DNA of 64,000 nt, taken from contig CDLV01000007.1 in the NCBI GenBank assembly GCA_001244265.2, positions 1,302,001 to 1,366,000 on the forward strand, read 5' to 3'. The first letter of the stretch is position 1. Each line of letters opens with the position of its first letter. The position numbers were made by a program, and so were the translations under genes. Source of the stretch: Microbotryum violaceum. Lineage: Eukaryota. Below are positions 48,800 through 61,079 of this stretch, one piece after another. The notes below the pieces were generated by a model. It ran no database searches, was not told the origin of the DNA, and worked only from the letters and a program-made list of their open reading frames with translations.

Positions 48800-50206
48800 T
48801 TAGACCTGTGAGAAACAAGGCGATGAGGTCAACTTCCTGTCCCTCTCGATCACGATAGACAAGCGACCGCACCTTGAAACCACGCGACTTTCTGCGACCA
48901 CGACCCTTCTCCTCCTTGCGCCCCTTGCTGATCGTGTAAGGCTTCTTGTTCTTGTGCGGGCCCATACCGAAATGCTTGACCGCCTCACGCGCGTTCTTGG
49001 CACCCCTCAACAACAACGTGTTGGCACCGGTCGGCTTGCGCAGAGCAAGCTGGTCCAACGTTAGGCATTCACCACCGGCGGCCTCGATGCGGGCTCGCGC
49101 CGTCTTGGTGAAGCGGAGAGCGGCGATCGAGAGCTTGGGCACCTCGAGCAAGCGAATGTCGTCGGTGATGGTCGCAACGGCGACGACGGTCGACGACGCG
49201 GCGTTGGACTTGGACACCTGTCGCGAGATGCGCGAAACGGACAAAGGGGGTCGGTTGATGCGCGACATGTACAAGCGGCGGAGGACGACCTTGTTGAACT
49301 TGGAGTCGGTTCGTCGGGCCAAGAATCGGTATAACTGTTTGGGAAGAGGAAAGGAACGGGTTAGCGCCGGGGGGGGGGATGGCCGGCCGAGTCGATGGCT
49401 GCCACTACGGACCTTGACAAGCAAGAGGAGGTAAGGGTCTTCACTGCAAGGAGCAGTGCGGTGTCCCTTCTTGGCGTGGTGGTGTTGAATGTCGATTCCC
49501 TGGGTGAAGAAGCGGGTAGCGGTCAGTTGACGTGTGTGGAGCGTGCTAGGCTTCAAGGTACGGCAGCCAGCTGCAGTGTGGATTGTCGTATCGTGTCGAG
49601 TATAGACGTCGAACTGAGTAGGCTCGATATGCCGTGCATATTAATTTAGAGAGGGCTGTGTCGCATGGGCGTGCGTGCGAGCATCGAATGGGCGCGGATG
49701 CGTCGTCGTCGTCGCCGGTGCTCGAATGGTCGCGACAGTACTGCGTCCCCGAAGCCATCGGCCTCTCCCCCCTCCTAGCCTGGCTTCATTTCCCGAGGTC
49801 TGGGTGCGCAGCGTGATCGACCTCCTCCTGGACCAGATGCTCATACATGGCTTCCGTCGCGGTGGTGTGCGCCTGGCCCCGAACGATGGCGGCCCCCCCT
49901 CGGCTGGGGCGCGCGCACCAACTTTTTTGGCGGGCGTGGATGATGCACCGTCGCACCGTCGCACCCAGCCAGCCAATGGCCCACCACCGCCCGCCGCCCG
50001 CCGCCAGCCCAGCCAGCCGGCCAGCCTAGCCCAGCCCACAGCCAACGTCGCGCCCTCGCCCTTGGTCGCACCGTCGCACCTGTCGGCCCTCCCTCCGTCG
50101 TACGGTCGTAGTGGGCGAACAGTGGTCGAGAGTCGGCGGTGGGTCGAAGCAGGTCGTCGATCCACACGGCAGCTGGCACGGGTGAGGTGTAGTAGTCTCT
50201 TACCAT
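48800..50206 (-). CDS. RPL18: 60S ribosomal protein L18 (eL18)
   Basis: ATG|GTAAGA, a 704-nt intron, then GIDIQHHH...[32 protein letters not shown]...[10 protein letters not shown]. Confidence 0.96.
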
Positions 50207-50482
50207 CTTGACGGTTCCTAGAGGTGCGCACGAAGAGGGCAGAAGAGCGCCTGGAGCGCACCTCGTCTGCACTCGTTGGCCGGCTCTCGCGGCGGCGCGC
50301 GGCCAAAAGCCTTACCAAAATCCCTTCATTCCCTCCTAGCGGCCATAATCGACCTCGCCCACTTTATTTCAGCCCGCATTTTGACCACGACTGCGATTGT
50401 TTCCTCGGAGCGCCCACCGGCAATTTCGATTCGCTCATCACATCATCCCTCGTTTTCCGCTCGCTCCCGCCTTTCACCAACC

Positions 50483-51512
50483 ATGTCCAACCACGCTGGC
50501 GATTCGTACGCACAAGAGGACGCGCCCATGCGTGCCATCTCGGGTCACTACGACGACCAGGAACCGCCTCGCCCACGCTCCCGCTCCCGCTCACCGTTGC
50601 CTCCTCGCTCGCGTGATGGTGCGAGTGCACGACCTCGTTCCCGTTCTCGTTCACCCCCACCTCCCAGGTGAGTCATGTCATGGTTTCCATGTTTTTTACT
50701 TTTCTTTTCTCTTGGAAATGGTGCTCATCCACTTTCTCCTCCCTCCACAATCGCAGGCGCTACGAACCTCCTCCCCCCGTCGACCGGCGCATGCTCCTGT
50801 GAGTCATCTGGCAGTGCACCCCCGACCCGATAGTGAACCCCCAAGCTACAGCCTAGCTGACTCTATCAGTCTATCCTTCTAGGTTGCCGAACCCAGCAAC
50901 GTGCTCGGTGTGTTTGGTCTCTCGATCCGCACGACCGAGCGCGACCTCGAGGATGAGTTCTCGCGTTCGGGCAAGGTAGAAAAGGTCGTGATCGTGTACG
51001 ACGCCCGTTCGGATCGATCGCGCGGTTTCGGCTTCGTGACCATGGCCGATATCGACGGTGCCGACAGGGCCATCAGTGATCTCAACGGCATGGATTTGCA
51101 CGGTCGTCGTATCCGCGTCGACTTCTCCGCCACTAAGCGACCCCACGACCCGACCCCGGGACAGTACCGCGGCATCAAACGTGACGAAGACGACTTCCCC
51201 CCTCGACGAAGTGGTGGTGGAGGTGGAGGCTATGACGATCGCTGGGGTTCTTCGCGAGGTGGTGACGATCGTTGGGCTCCTCGCGCCCCTCCTCCTCGCA
51301 GGGACGACTATTCCCGACGCGACGACCGCGACGATCGCTACTCGTCGCGTAGGGACGACCGTGATCGCGATGACCGATCGTCCGGACGAAGGGACTACGG
51401 TGGCGGAAGGGATCGTTCGAGGTCGAGGTCGCCCCCTAGGAGGCGTCGTGACTCGCGCAGCCTTAGTCCTCCTCGTCGTGAACGTTCGATTCCTCCTCCC
51501 CGCGAGTACTGA
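50483..51512 (+). CDS. TRA2: Transformer-2-like SR/RRM splicing regulator
   Basis: N-terminal RS repeats, [18 protein letters not shown]...[15 protein letters not shown]...[23 protein letters not shown]-terminal RD/RS region. Confidence 0.88.
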
Positions 51513-53571
51513 ACGGTTCTTTGACGCATCTTCACCGGTGAGTGCAGAAACACGATAATTAGAGCGTATCGTGGTTCCGTCGCTGATCTACCTACTTTTC
51601 TCGCCAAAGGAAAGCCGGCTCTTCCCTTCACGTTCGAACTGTCCCTGGGACGTTGGAAAGCAATCGGCCATTAGTGACAAAGCTTGGATGAGTTTAACGA
51701 GGACCAAAAGAAGCAGTCGTATCCCGAAGAAAGTCCCACAAAAAAAAGGCGAATCGTCCCCCCTCTCTTGTCGTATTCTCAAATCCCCCTCAAAAATCAA
51801 AACAAAAGAAAACACCGCGTGAAACGTAACTCAGCTGTCATATCGGAGCAAGTCTCGTAATCTCAGCCCTTCCAACCTTGATTCGTGGCGTGCGTACAGA
51901 ATACAATAGACGAAAAGCGCAACGTTAAACGATCGTACCGGGTGAAGCAATCCCTGAAGACGCTTGATTCGTATGAGATCAAAAAGCGCAAGACTCCGTG
52001 CCGAGGATCTAGACAGTCGCAATAAAGCACAAGCCTCGTCGGCGTCTGAGCTTGCGCTCGGTCCACAGGAACCCTCTTCTCTCGGTGTAGAACGAAAGAG
52101 GGCTCTAGTTCAGAAGCTCACCCATGGCGATCATGAGCTCCCGGCAGCTGACGCCCCGGCGAGCTGTTGGTTCGGCGAGGGAATTTTGCGCCCCCAAAAT
52201 TTCGTCCTGCCCGCCTTCCAATAACGATAGGTGAGTCTATGCCAAAATTCAAAAATTGACGCTATTGTTTCGTTCGTTTGCACAGACTTGCCGTCGTGCG
52301 AAAGAAAACCTTCAAAGCTCGTACGCCATCTCACACTTGGCTCGTCGGCACCTCTTTGCAACAAGCTATGTTACTCAGAAGTGAGTGTTTGTTACACCTC
52401 GTTTCACTAACTTTTCTGTGCCCAAATCTTGATCCCCTTGTGTGGATAGCTGCCTCTGAAATATGAAAATATGTACCATTGAAGTGATGACGTTTCTTTT
52501 GCGCCGAGAAAGGCATCAACGGTTGCGAAGAATTGTCGAGCGATTGGACCTCTGTACTGCAACTCTCAGTATCGCCGAATTGACCGTGTTCGTTCGCCAT
52601 CGACGGCCGATGCCCAATTTTTTGTTTGTTTAACTGGGCTCATAAATTACGATCCTTCGGATTGGCTAAAATCGCTACAAAAAGAGCTAAAAGAGGTAAT
52701 AAAGCAACGACGACAAGCAGCTGGGTGAAAATCAAACCCCTGCGCGCAAAGAGCGCTGCGCAGATCAAAGCCCGCCGAGCACCTAACGCGGACTCCAACG
52801 GGCGGTGAGTACTGCTGCCGCTTCACGTCCCAAGCGCGGGAGCGAAGATACTCGAAACCAGGCAAGAGCGCCTAGAGAAAGAAGGAAGAGAATATACAGA
52901 AAGTCACAAACGGGAACACCGAGAAAGGAAAATACTAAAACAAGGGGAAAGGAGGGGGAGGAGGGGGGGACACACCCGAGGGACCAAGAAAGGGGTCGAA
53001 GCCAGGGATAGAGGTCCCCAAAGACTAACAGGCCGCAGCCAAGCCCCAGCTACTGGTCACCCCGACAACGCCCGATGGCCCTCCTTGGCTGAGTCTCGAG
53101 TGCTGGCTGTTGAGCCGTCGGAAGTCGGGCAAAAAAACGAATGTCGGGGACGAACTTGCGTCGAAGCGATTCGTTCGAAAGCCGTGGGATTGGGCTGTGC
53201 TTTCGCTCGTCGCCGAAATGGATCTGGATCTACCTCGAGCGATCGCTTTTTGGTCGGCGACGATGGGATCGTCGATTCGTACGGACGAAAGACATTTTTT
53301 TCGGATCAATTTGTGACAGAAAAAGAACTGCTCTCAAGGAAGCGAAGGGCTGCTGAATGGTTTTTAGGCGGTTGAACGATGTTGGTTTTGTTTTTGGATA
53401 TATGCAAATGTGACACATAGAGAACCCCCCCTTTGACCCCCGAAGAAAACCGAGAGCTTCCGGTGTAGAAAAGGAGAAAAATGAATAAAGACAAGTACGA
53501 GTGTTGAAACATGATTCGGCGAAGTAACGTGAACAAATGGACATAAAGCAAGACGGGGTCAAGTACGTTCT

Positions 53572-55994
53572 TTAAGCCTCGACGCGCTTGATGGACGACG
53601 AGTCGGGGACCTGAGCAGAGACACGCACAAGAATCAGTATGCAGGACATATTTCGATCACAGAGTACAACTAGGGACCTACACCGGGGAGGGGGAACTTC
53701 TCGGCGAACTCGTTGACGTCCTTGGCGAGCTGCTGCAGCGCCTTGCGCGACTCGCCCTCGCCCTCGGTAACGGTCTTGACGAAGTCCTTGAGCAGCTTGG
53801 AGCCGCACTCCTTTTGGGCCGAGAGCTGTGCAGAGCCCCCACGATTGGAGTGGGTCAGTCGAAGCACGTTTGAGACAAATGACCTCGGGATGGTACTCAC
53901 AGCAATTTGAACAGCACGGTGAAGGAACTCGGCAACGACCTCCATCTCGGGTTCCTTCATGCTCCTCGACGTAAGCGCGTTCGTACCCACTCGCACACCA
54001 CCGGGGACGGTCGCGGACTTGTCACCGGGGACCGAGTTCTTGTTGAGCGTGATGTGCGCCAAGTCGCAGATCTTCTCAATCTTGGAACCGGTCAAGCCGA
54101 TCGGGCGCAAGTCCCAAAGGACGAGGTGGTTGTCCGACCCGTTAGTCTGGAGCTTGTAGTCGTGCTCGAGGAGCTTGGCGGCGATCGCCTTGGTGTTGGC
54201 GACGATCTGCTTGGCATAAGCGAGGAACTCGGGCGAGGCGACTTGCTTGAGCGTGACGGCGATACCGGCGATGGTCTGTGAGCTTTGAATGCGTCAGCTC
54301 GGGCAAACCAGTCTGTCTCATCCAATTCGATGATCTCACGTTGTTGTGGGGTCCACCCTGGCAAGCGGGGAAGACGGCGTCATTGATGCGCTTCTCCATG
54401 TCGGACTCCTTGTCCTTGCGGAAGAAGATGAGACCAGCGCGGGGACCACGGAGGGTCTTGTGGCTGTGAGATATTAGACAGGTAGCACGAGTGTCAGGCC
54501 AACGCGATGAGCAAATATCGCTCATATTCATAAAATACTGACGTGGTGGTGGTGACAACGTCGCAGTACTCAAAGGGGTCGTTAAGGACCTGAGCGGCAA
54601 CAAGACCAGAGACGTGGGCCATGTCCATCCTGTTCGAGCGCATCATGTCAGTGTGATGTTCGAAATCTGAGAAACAGTACAAAGCCAACTCACATGAGGT
54701 AAGATCCATTGATGTCGGCAATCTTGCGCAACCTCGCAAAGTCAAAGTCACGCGGGTAAGCCGAGGCACCGCAGATGAGGATTCGGGGCTTGAACTCGGT
54801 CGCGTTCTTCTCGAGCTCGTCATAGTCGATCAAGCCGGTCTCGGGGTCGACGCGATACGGCATCGATTGGAAGTAGATGGACGAGGCCGAGATGTTGCGC
54901 TTGGGCGTGAAGGCACCGTGGGTACTGTGGGCCGATATCGGTCAAAGATGGCAATCAGTAAGTGAACAGGTTCAAGCTCAGCGTGACGATAGCGCAAACT
55001 TACAGGTGACCACCATCGGCAAGACCGAGACCCATGATTCGATCCTGGGGTTGGATCAAAGCGGTGAAAGTGGCAAAGTTGGCGGTCGAGCCGGAGCTGC
55101 AAAATGTTTTTCGACAAGAAGTGTGAATTTCTGTTGTGCGTGGCGGAGGGGCTGCTCCAAAACTGACTAGGGCTGAACATTGACACCCCAGGTCTTCTCA
55201 TCAAGGTGGAACGCGGTGAGGGCTCGTTTCTGGCACAAGATCTCGAGCTCATCGACGACCTCGTTACCTGTGACAAATGACAGGTGGGAACGGTCAGCTT
55301 TTGACGTGAGGTATATCCAAGAGCGGAGCGTAAATCGTACCGCCGTAGTAACGAGCACCGGGAAGACCTTCCGAGTACCTGTCGGAAAAAGGACGCGCCG
55401 GTAAGTTTCGGTTGTTCATGGAATGCCTCAAAAGGCAAAGTGGGGGGAGGAGGAAAAAAGAGCTGAACTTGTTGGTGAACATGGAGCCGTTGGCCTCCAT
55501 GACGGCGAGCGAGGTCAAGTTCTCACTGGCGATCAGTTCGAGGCCACGGAATTGGCGGAAGGTCTGTTGTAATGCATGGCAGTCGTTAGCTCTGTGCGGC
55601 GACGGGATGCCGACGGGATGCGAAGTTGGGGGAGGCCCCACAACCAGCGTGTGATACTCACCTCGCGATCGACGAGTTTCTGCACCTCGGGATCGAACTC
55701 CGCCAAAGGCGTGTAGAGATCGACATTCTGTTGGTGAAGGGGTACGCAGAGGGTCCCGGTCAGTGAGGCTGCATAAAGCGGTGGTGGGTCGGAGGCGGAG
55801 TGGCGACGGAGATAGGAAGCACACGAGCACGACGACGAGGGACTGACGAAATCTCCTTTCTGAACGGCAGCCATTCTGGACGAGGTGAACGATCGCAAGG
55901 ACGACGAAGTGAAGAAGGCGGACGGTCGCGCGGCGAGGCGGGAGCGAGAGACGATGGAGGTGGAAGAAAGTAAAGAGCTGAGCGAGCGCTGCAT
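53572..55994 (-). CDS. SHM1: Serine hydroxymethyltransferase
   Basis: [80 protein letters not shown]. Confidence 0.95.
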
Positions 55995-56084
55995 CAACAC
56001 ACACGAAGGAAGCACGTGAGGAGAGCAAACCGAGAGCCCAGAGCGACCGCGGTGGGAACGTGGACGCGCTCCGCTCTCTTCCTC

Positions 56085-56270
56085 CGCTGTGAGCGGCTGT
56101 GCGGCTGTGAGTGGCTGTGGCTGGCTGTGGCGGGCTCGGGCGGGCTCGGGCGCTAATAACGGGCTCGGGCTGCCCGGCGCGCGATGACCCAGCTTCAATT
56201 TAACTCGGTTGCCACGACGGTGCGCTCAGCTCAGCGCTGAGCGCTCAGCGTGGGCCAGCGTGGGCCTTCG
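56085..56270. promoter_or_regulatory. Repeat- and palindrome-rich bidirectional promoter between SHMT and GRC3
   Basis: GCTGTG x5, CGGGCTCGGG x3, palindrome CTCAGCGCTGAG, CAGCGTGGGC x2. Confidence 0.5.
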
Positions 56271-56414
56271 CACGGAGCACTGATCGCAGGCATTCTCGAC
56301 GACCAAATCAGCAACGCGTCAACTGCACTCCGTACATCTATTGCTCACGCGGCTCGGATCAGTCTTTCGGCGCTCAACAGGCAGGAGTAGACGCTTCCGA
56401 GCTTCTGAAATACC

Positions 56415-59212
56415 ATGGCAGCTACGGTGGTGGATTCGCCGAGCAAGCGACGCCGGACCGACTCGACTTCGGACTTGTCATCGTCGTCAACGTCGACCCC
56501 GGTGGCAGCAGCGCCCATGTCGGCCGTCGCAGCGAGGAGAGCAGCAGCGCAGGCTCAACTCGATGCAGCAGCGGCAGCAGCTCTGGAGCAACCAAAAGCA
56601 TCTACTTCGAAGCTCGAGACGAGTATTCACCAGTCTTCTGGAGATGACGACGACGACGACGACGACGATGCCGATTTGCTGCCTCAAGTGCTTTCCTCGG
56701 ACGACGACGACACCAATGACGATAATGGACAACACTCGAGCTCTACCAAATCAGCGCGATCTTTCAATGGCAAGGTCGTTCCGGAAAAGAAGAAGAAAAT
56801 CTCCAAAGCCAGAACGGCGACCAAATCCACGCGATACTTTGCAGCAGCAGCATCCACCTCGAGGTCCGATGACGACGGCCCTGCAGGTGACAGGGGTCTC
56901 GCTGCGAAAAACAGCCGCAAGGAATCCACTTTCGTTCCTTTCGATCCAATGGACGAATCGGCCGATGATGCAACTCGAAACAGCGCCAATCAGGCCCGAG
57001 CATATCGAGGCAAACGGCGTCGGGAGAAAACGTCAGTCAATTTGCTCGATTCTCGGCCACCGCTACTCGGAACTGACGCGTCATCGTGGTCCTTGTGTCC
57101 ACAGTGCATTTATTGATCCGCTCTGTGCTTCAAATTTCGCCCCTGAGCTCAACGTCAACGTATTTCGTGTATCTTTGACCACCGAGCACACTCGAGCTGA
57201 CGCCGAGCAAGCACTGGTCTTCTGCCTGCGCGCCGATCAGGTGAAGATGACCCCAGTGTTGAGTGTTGACGCGGCCTCCATTATACTGAATCGAAGGGTT
57301 TTCCACGTTCATAGATGATCGTCGTCCACGGTGTCTTGATGGTGACCCCTATCTATGGTGCTCTCGCGATCCTCAACTCGAGTCTACCTGCGCCAGAACC
57401 ATCATCGGACACGATCGATATCAGCATCGCCTTCTCTAACAGCACCCACCACCCCATCTTTGCCCCCTCATCCCATCCCCTTCCTCCCATGAGCCCACGA
57501 CCCTACCCGTCACGGTCCCACATACCTTCTTATTTGCTCCTTCCAACGGGACAAACGGTTGATCTCTCGATTTTCGAAGCCGCTTTTGTCGTGCGAGATC
57601 ACCATTCCGGCGTAGAAGGGATCGAGCCCCTGCTCAAGCTCGGAGGGCTAGGTTGCGCAGCGGGAATGTGGGACGTCGACCACCCACAAGGGCCTATCAA
57701 GAGAACATCCGAGTGCGATGGCAAGACCTGGAAGTTGGTACGTACCTTTCAAGCTCATTCAGGCGTTCAGGTCCGACCTAATTTGTTGTGACGTCTCGTG
57801 TGCAGGTCGTCGAGCCAACACCTTCTCTCACGCTGATCCGATCCGTCGACGGCTGGGAAGCGACCTTGGCTGCTCTCGCGACACATCTTGACCCGGCAAG
57901 TAAGAGAATCTCGGACGCTGAGGACGCTGAGGACGCTGACGAAGATGACGAAGAGCTCGCCTACGCGATCCCCACGCCGTCTCCTCGCCTCTGCCTCCTC
58001 GTCGAAGGCCCGAAGCGAGTCGGCAAGTCGACCTTTTCTAAACTCGTCCTGCATCAACTTCTGTCCCGCTTCATGGCCGTCGCCTACCTCGATACCGATC
58101 TCGGTCAACCCGAATTCATGCCACCGGGTTTCGTCTCACTCAATGTTATCACTTCTCCTCAGCTGGGACCGAGTTTTACCCATCTTTCGGTTCCGATGGC
58201 ATCCTACTTTATCGGTCAAACATCTCCAGCGAACGATCCCACAAGCTATTTGGACGCGATTCACAAATTGTATCAACTCTTTGAACACGAAGTGGAATAC
58301 GCGTTCGCTGAGGAGACCCGCTCGACTCGTCGAAGAGGTCCCCAAGCCCAAAGCTCGACGTCGAAGGATGGGACGAAAGCCACCGATCGAATCCCTCTCC
58401 TCATCAACACCCACGGGTGGAAAAAAGGACTTGGCGCGGATCTATTGAGCAAGTTAAAGATGAACGTTCAACCGACACACATCTTTGCCTTCGATCATGA
58501 CCAAGAGGACGATTTCCCAACCTCGATGGGAACGAAGGGTGGACCGATCGTGCATCGGATGAAGGCTGCTCCACCTAGTCCATTGGATTCGAAATGGTCT
58601 TCGTTTGATTTAAGGATCCTTCAACTCGTTTCATACTTTAACGCCGTGTTTCTAACTTCGACGAGTGACTCGTCAGGCTCGACTTTCGTCGCCTCGTGGG
58701 ACTGTTTGGAGCCCCTCGTACGTCGACGACCAATCGTCCTCGATTGGACGACGTCCCTTTCCAACGTGATCATCTTGGACTCCGAAATCGACTATGACCA
58801 AGCCCTCTACGCGCTCAACGGATCACTAGTTGCGATCGTCGAGCCCTCCGAAGTAAACGACGAAGACGTAACACCCAACTTGTCTTCGAACTTCCCTTAC
58901 GACGCTCATACCTCGATCACCTCCACCCGAGCCCACGGCCTGGCCCTTGTACGATCCATCGACGTCCCCTCCAAATCCCTCCACCTCCTCACCCCCATCC
59001 CTCGACCACAGACCGATCGTATTGCTCTAGTCCGAGGCATCGAGCTCGACATCGCCGTCGGACTTTTGATGGATCCCTTGACAACCGGCGGTGTCGAAAA
59101 TGGTGTTGCAGGCGTGGGGTGGAAGGACGTGCCCTATCTCAGTGTTGAGGGTGGGCAAAGTGGGGGGAGAAAGAAAGTGAGGAGGAATTTGATGAGGCGC
59201 GGTCAGGCATGA
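56415..59212 (+). CDS. GRC3: Polynucleotide 5'-hydroxyl kinase Grc3/NOL9
   Basis: Walker A GPKRVGKST, YLDTDLGQPEFMPPGFVSL, PLLINTHGW..GLG, ALNGSLVA, GLALVRSID, C-terminal VRRNLMRR. Confidence 0.92.
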
Positions 59213-59425
59213 GGTGTTCGAATCCTCCTGAGGATGAGGATGAATAGGGTTGTGTAAATGTTGCTCGGTACTGCACTTGGAAGATTACTCAAGACTGTAA
59301 CACGACCATAGGGAAGTAGTAAGACGCGTACTTCTTAGAGCCCAAGTACGATGTACACCCTACCACGCCTCCTCTAAGTTGACTCTAAGGTTTGTCGGCC
59401 AAAGGTTTTTCACCCTTCTCACCCC

Positions 59426-60637
59426 TTAACTCCTCGCCTTCGCCCTCACCCCCGCCCAACTCGCACAACTGATCGCTCTCACCCCAGCCGCGATCCCGAA
59501 CGTCCCCGCGCTTCCAATAGTCCGCACCAACGCTCCCGCACACAAACCGCCTACAAAGATCGACGCACATGCCATCGCTCGATGATCCCTCGATTTGACG
59601 CCCCCAAAGACGAACAACTTTGGATCACAGACGAGTTCGACCCAGATCGTGGTGAGCACGACGGAGGTACCGTATTGGGTGTTGAGCCGTTTGGCGGTGA
59701 TGGCGTGCAGACCTAGGGAGGCGGAGGCGAAGCCTAGCGCGGTATATCCGAGGGGTGAACGCCAGGAGGGGTATTCTCGGACACTGCGCAGCGGCATCAG
59801 GGGGAAGATTCGTTGCGGTCAGAAAAGGGACGGGCGAGCCCGAGAGCTTGCGCATGCTTTCTAAGTACTCACGTAGCCACACTCGAATCCCCCGAAAAAT
59901 GTACACACACCGCCGCCGCGACGAGCAGAAGTGCTTGTACAAATGTCGCGAACATGACCCATCCTCGACGCTTGGCTCCGAGACGATCTCCGAGCCGGCC
60001 GAGGAGTGCGGCACCCAAGAGGAATGAGAGGAGCGAGGTCAAGGCTTGCTTGTCACTCGTTTCGAAACGGAGGTCGCGGGGTTGAGGTCCAGAAAAGAGA
60101 CGAGAGACGGCGATTGAGAGCTGAACGAATCCACCGGCTGCAGTGAGTGATCGGTCGCGGTGGGCCGGCGGTCGAAGGTAAGGGCGGAAGAGGAGGACCG
60201 AATCCAGGCATTTTAGGTACGCGGAGTCAGTACAAGGTAGCCGAAGATTTGAGATTTTAATGGTATACTCACTCTGGAATGTAGGCCACAAGAACGTAGC
60301 GGAGAAGCAGATGGCCGAGATGAAACCTGGGCACACGAGGGCAGATCACGTGGATCAGCCTCTAGTCAACGGCGATGACCTCACACCTACAACCCATGCA
60401 AAGCACAAGCCGCTGCCACGAACACCCCAAAAGTGTGTAGCGCTAACCTGTGAGGAAGCAGTACAGCGTGACCTGTAGCATCGTATCCTCGGTGTCGAGC
60501 TCTTCCATCAGAAAGTTCCGGAACCGATGCTGCCGCGGATCCTTCTGTAGGCGAGCATCACCGAGCGAGGACGCGGAGCCGTGGTCCAAGTCTACGGGTG
60601 AACTTAATGTGGCATGTTTGAGGTCCGTAGACGACAT
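59426..60637 (-). CDS. DUF1275 (YoaK-like) multi-pass membrane protein
   Basis: LYCFLTG|FISAICFSATFLWPTFQ, ALTSLLSFLLGA, RRGWV, SASLGL, TSVVLTTIWVELVCDPKLF, SRDHR, FVGGLCAG. Confidence 0.85.
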
Positions 60638-61079
60638 GGGAAGATGGAAACTTGGTTCTGGAGGGGCAGACAGCGATAAGGAGGGGGGAAACGCGGGATC
60701 GCCCCGCCACTGGTCAGGTCGGGATGCAGAGCTCTCCCCTTCGCAAAGACCAATGGCGCAAGAGCAAGCGCGGGGGCGTGATAGTGGTGGGGGTACAGCC
60801 ACGGTCGGAGCTGGGCAACTCAGGGCAAGTCGGCCGCGCTGTACTCAGCGTCGGCAGGAGCCAGGGAACCGAGAGTTTTTTGGCACAGTATGCTGCTGAC
60901 TGAGTCGCTCGAGCTGTAACACGAGGGAAATTGGGGAAAAGAGACGACCAACACCGAACTGATTGCATATAGTTGTGATTTTAACAAAACCGCTCTCCTT
61001 TCTGACGAATCTACCCCGCAAACAAGCCCACTGCATATATTCACCTCGAGAGGATCACGAGAGGATCACTCGCATGCGA

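Noticed and set aside
48800-50206. RPL18 as a marker of the pheromone/receptor mating-type locus
   Set aside because: The marker I recall for red yeasts is L18ae, a different protein; no STE3, STE20, homeodomain or CAAX pheromone ORF was seen
53110-53316. KPWDWAVLS resembling giant-virus PWxW repeats
   Set aside because: Single copy in a short ORF with no repeat structure
44688-59212. RNA-processing cluster (SEN54, LENG1-like, RPL18, TRA2, GRC3)
   Set aside because: Housekeeping genes are common in compact fungal genomes; no shared regulatory signal was seen
59385-59460. Possible frameshift at the DUF1275 C-terminus (alternative tail GEKGEKPLADKP)
   Set aside because: The domain is already complete before the stop; cannot be distinguished from a chance open frame
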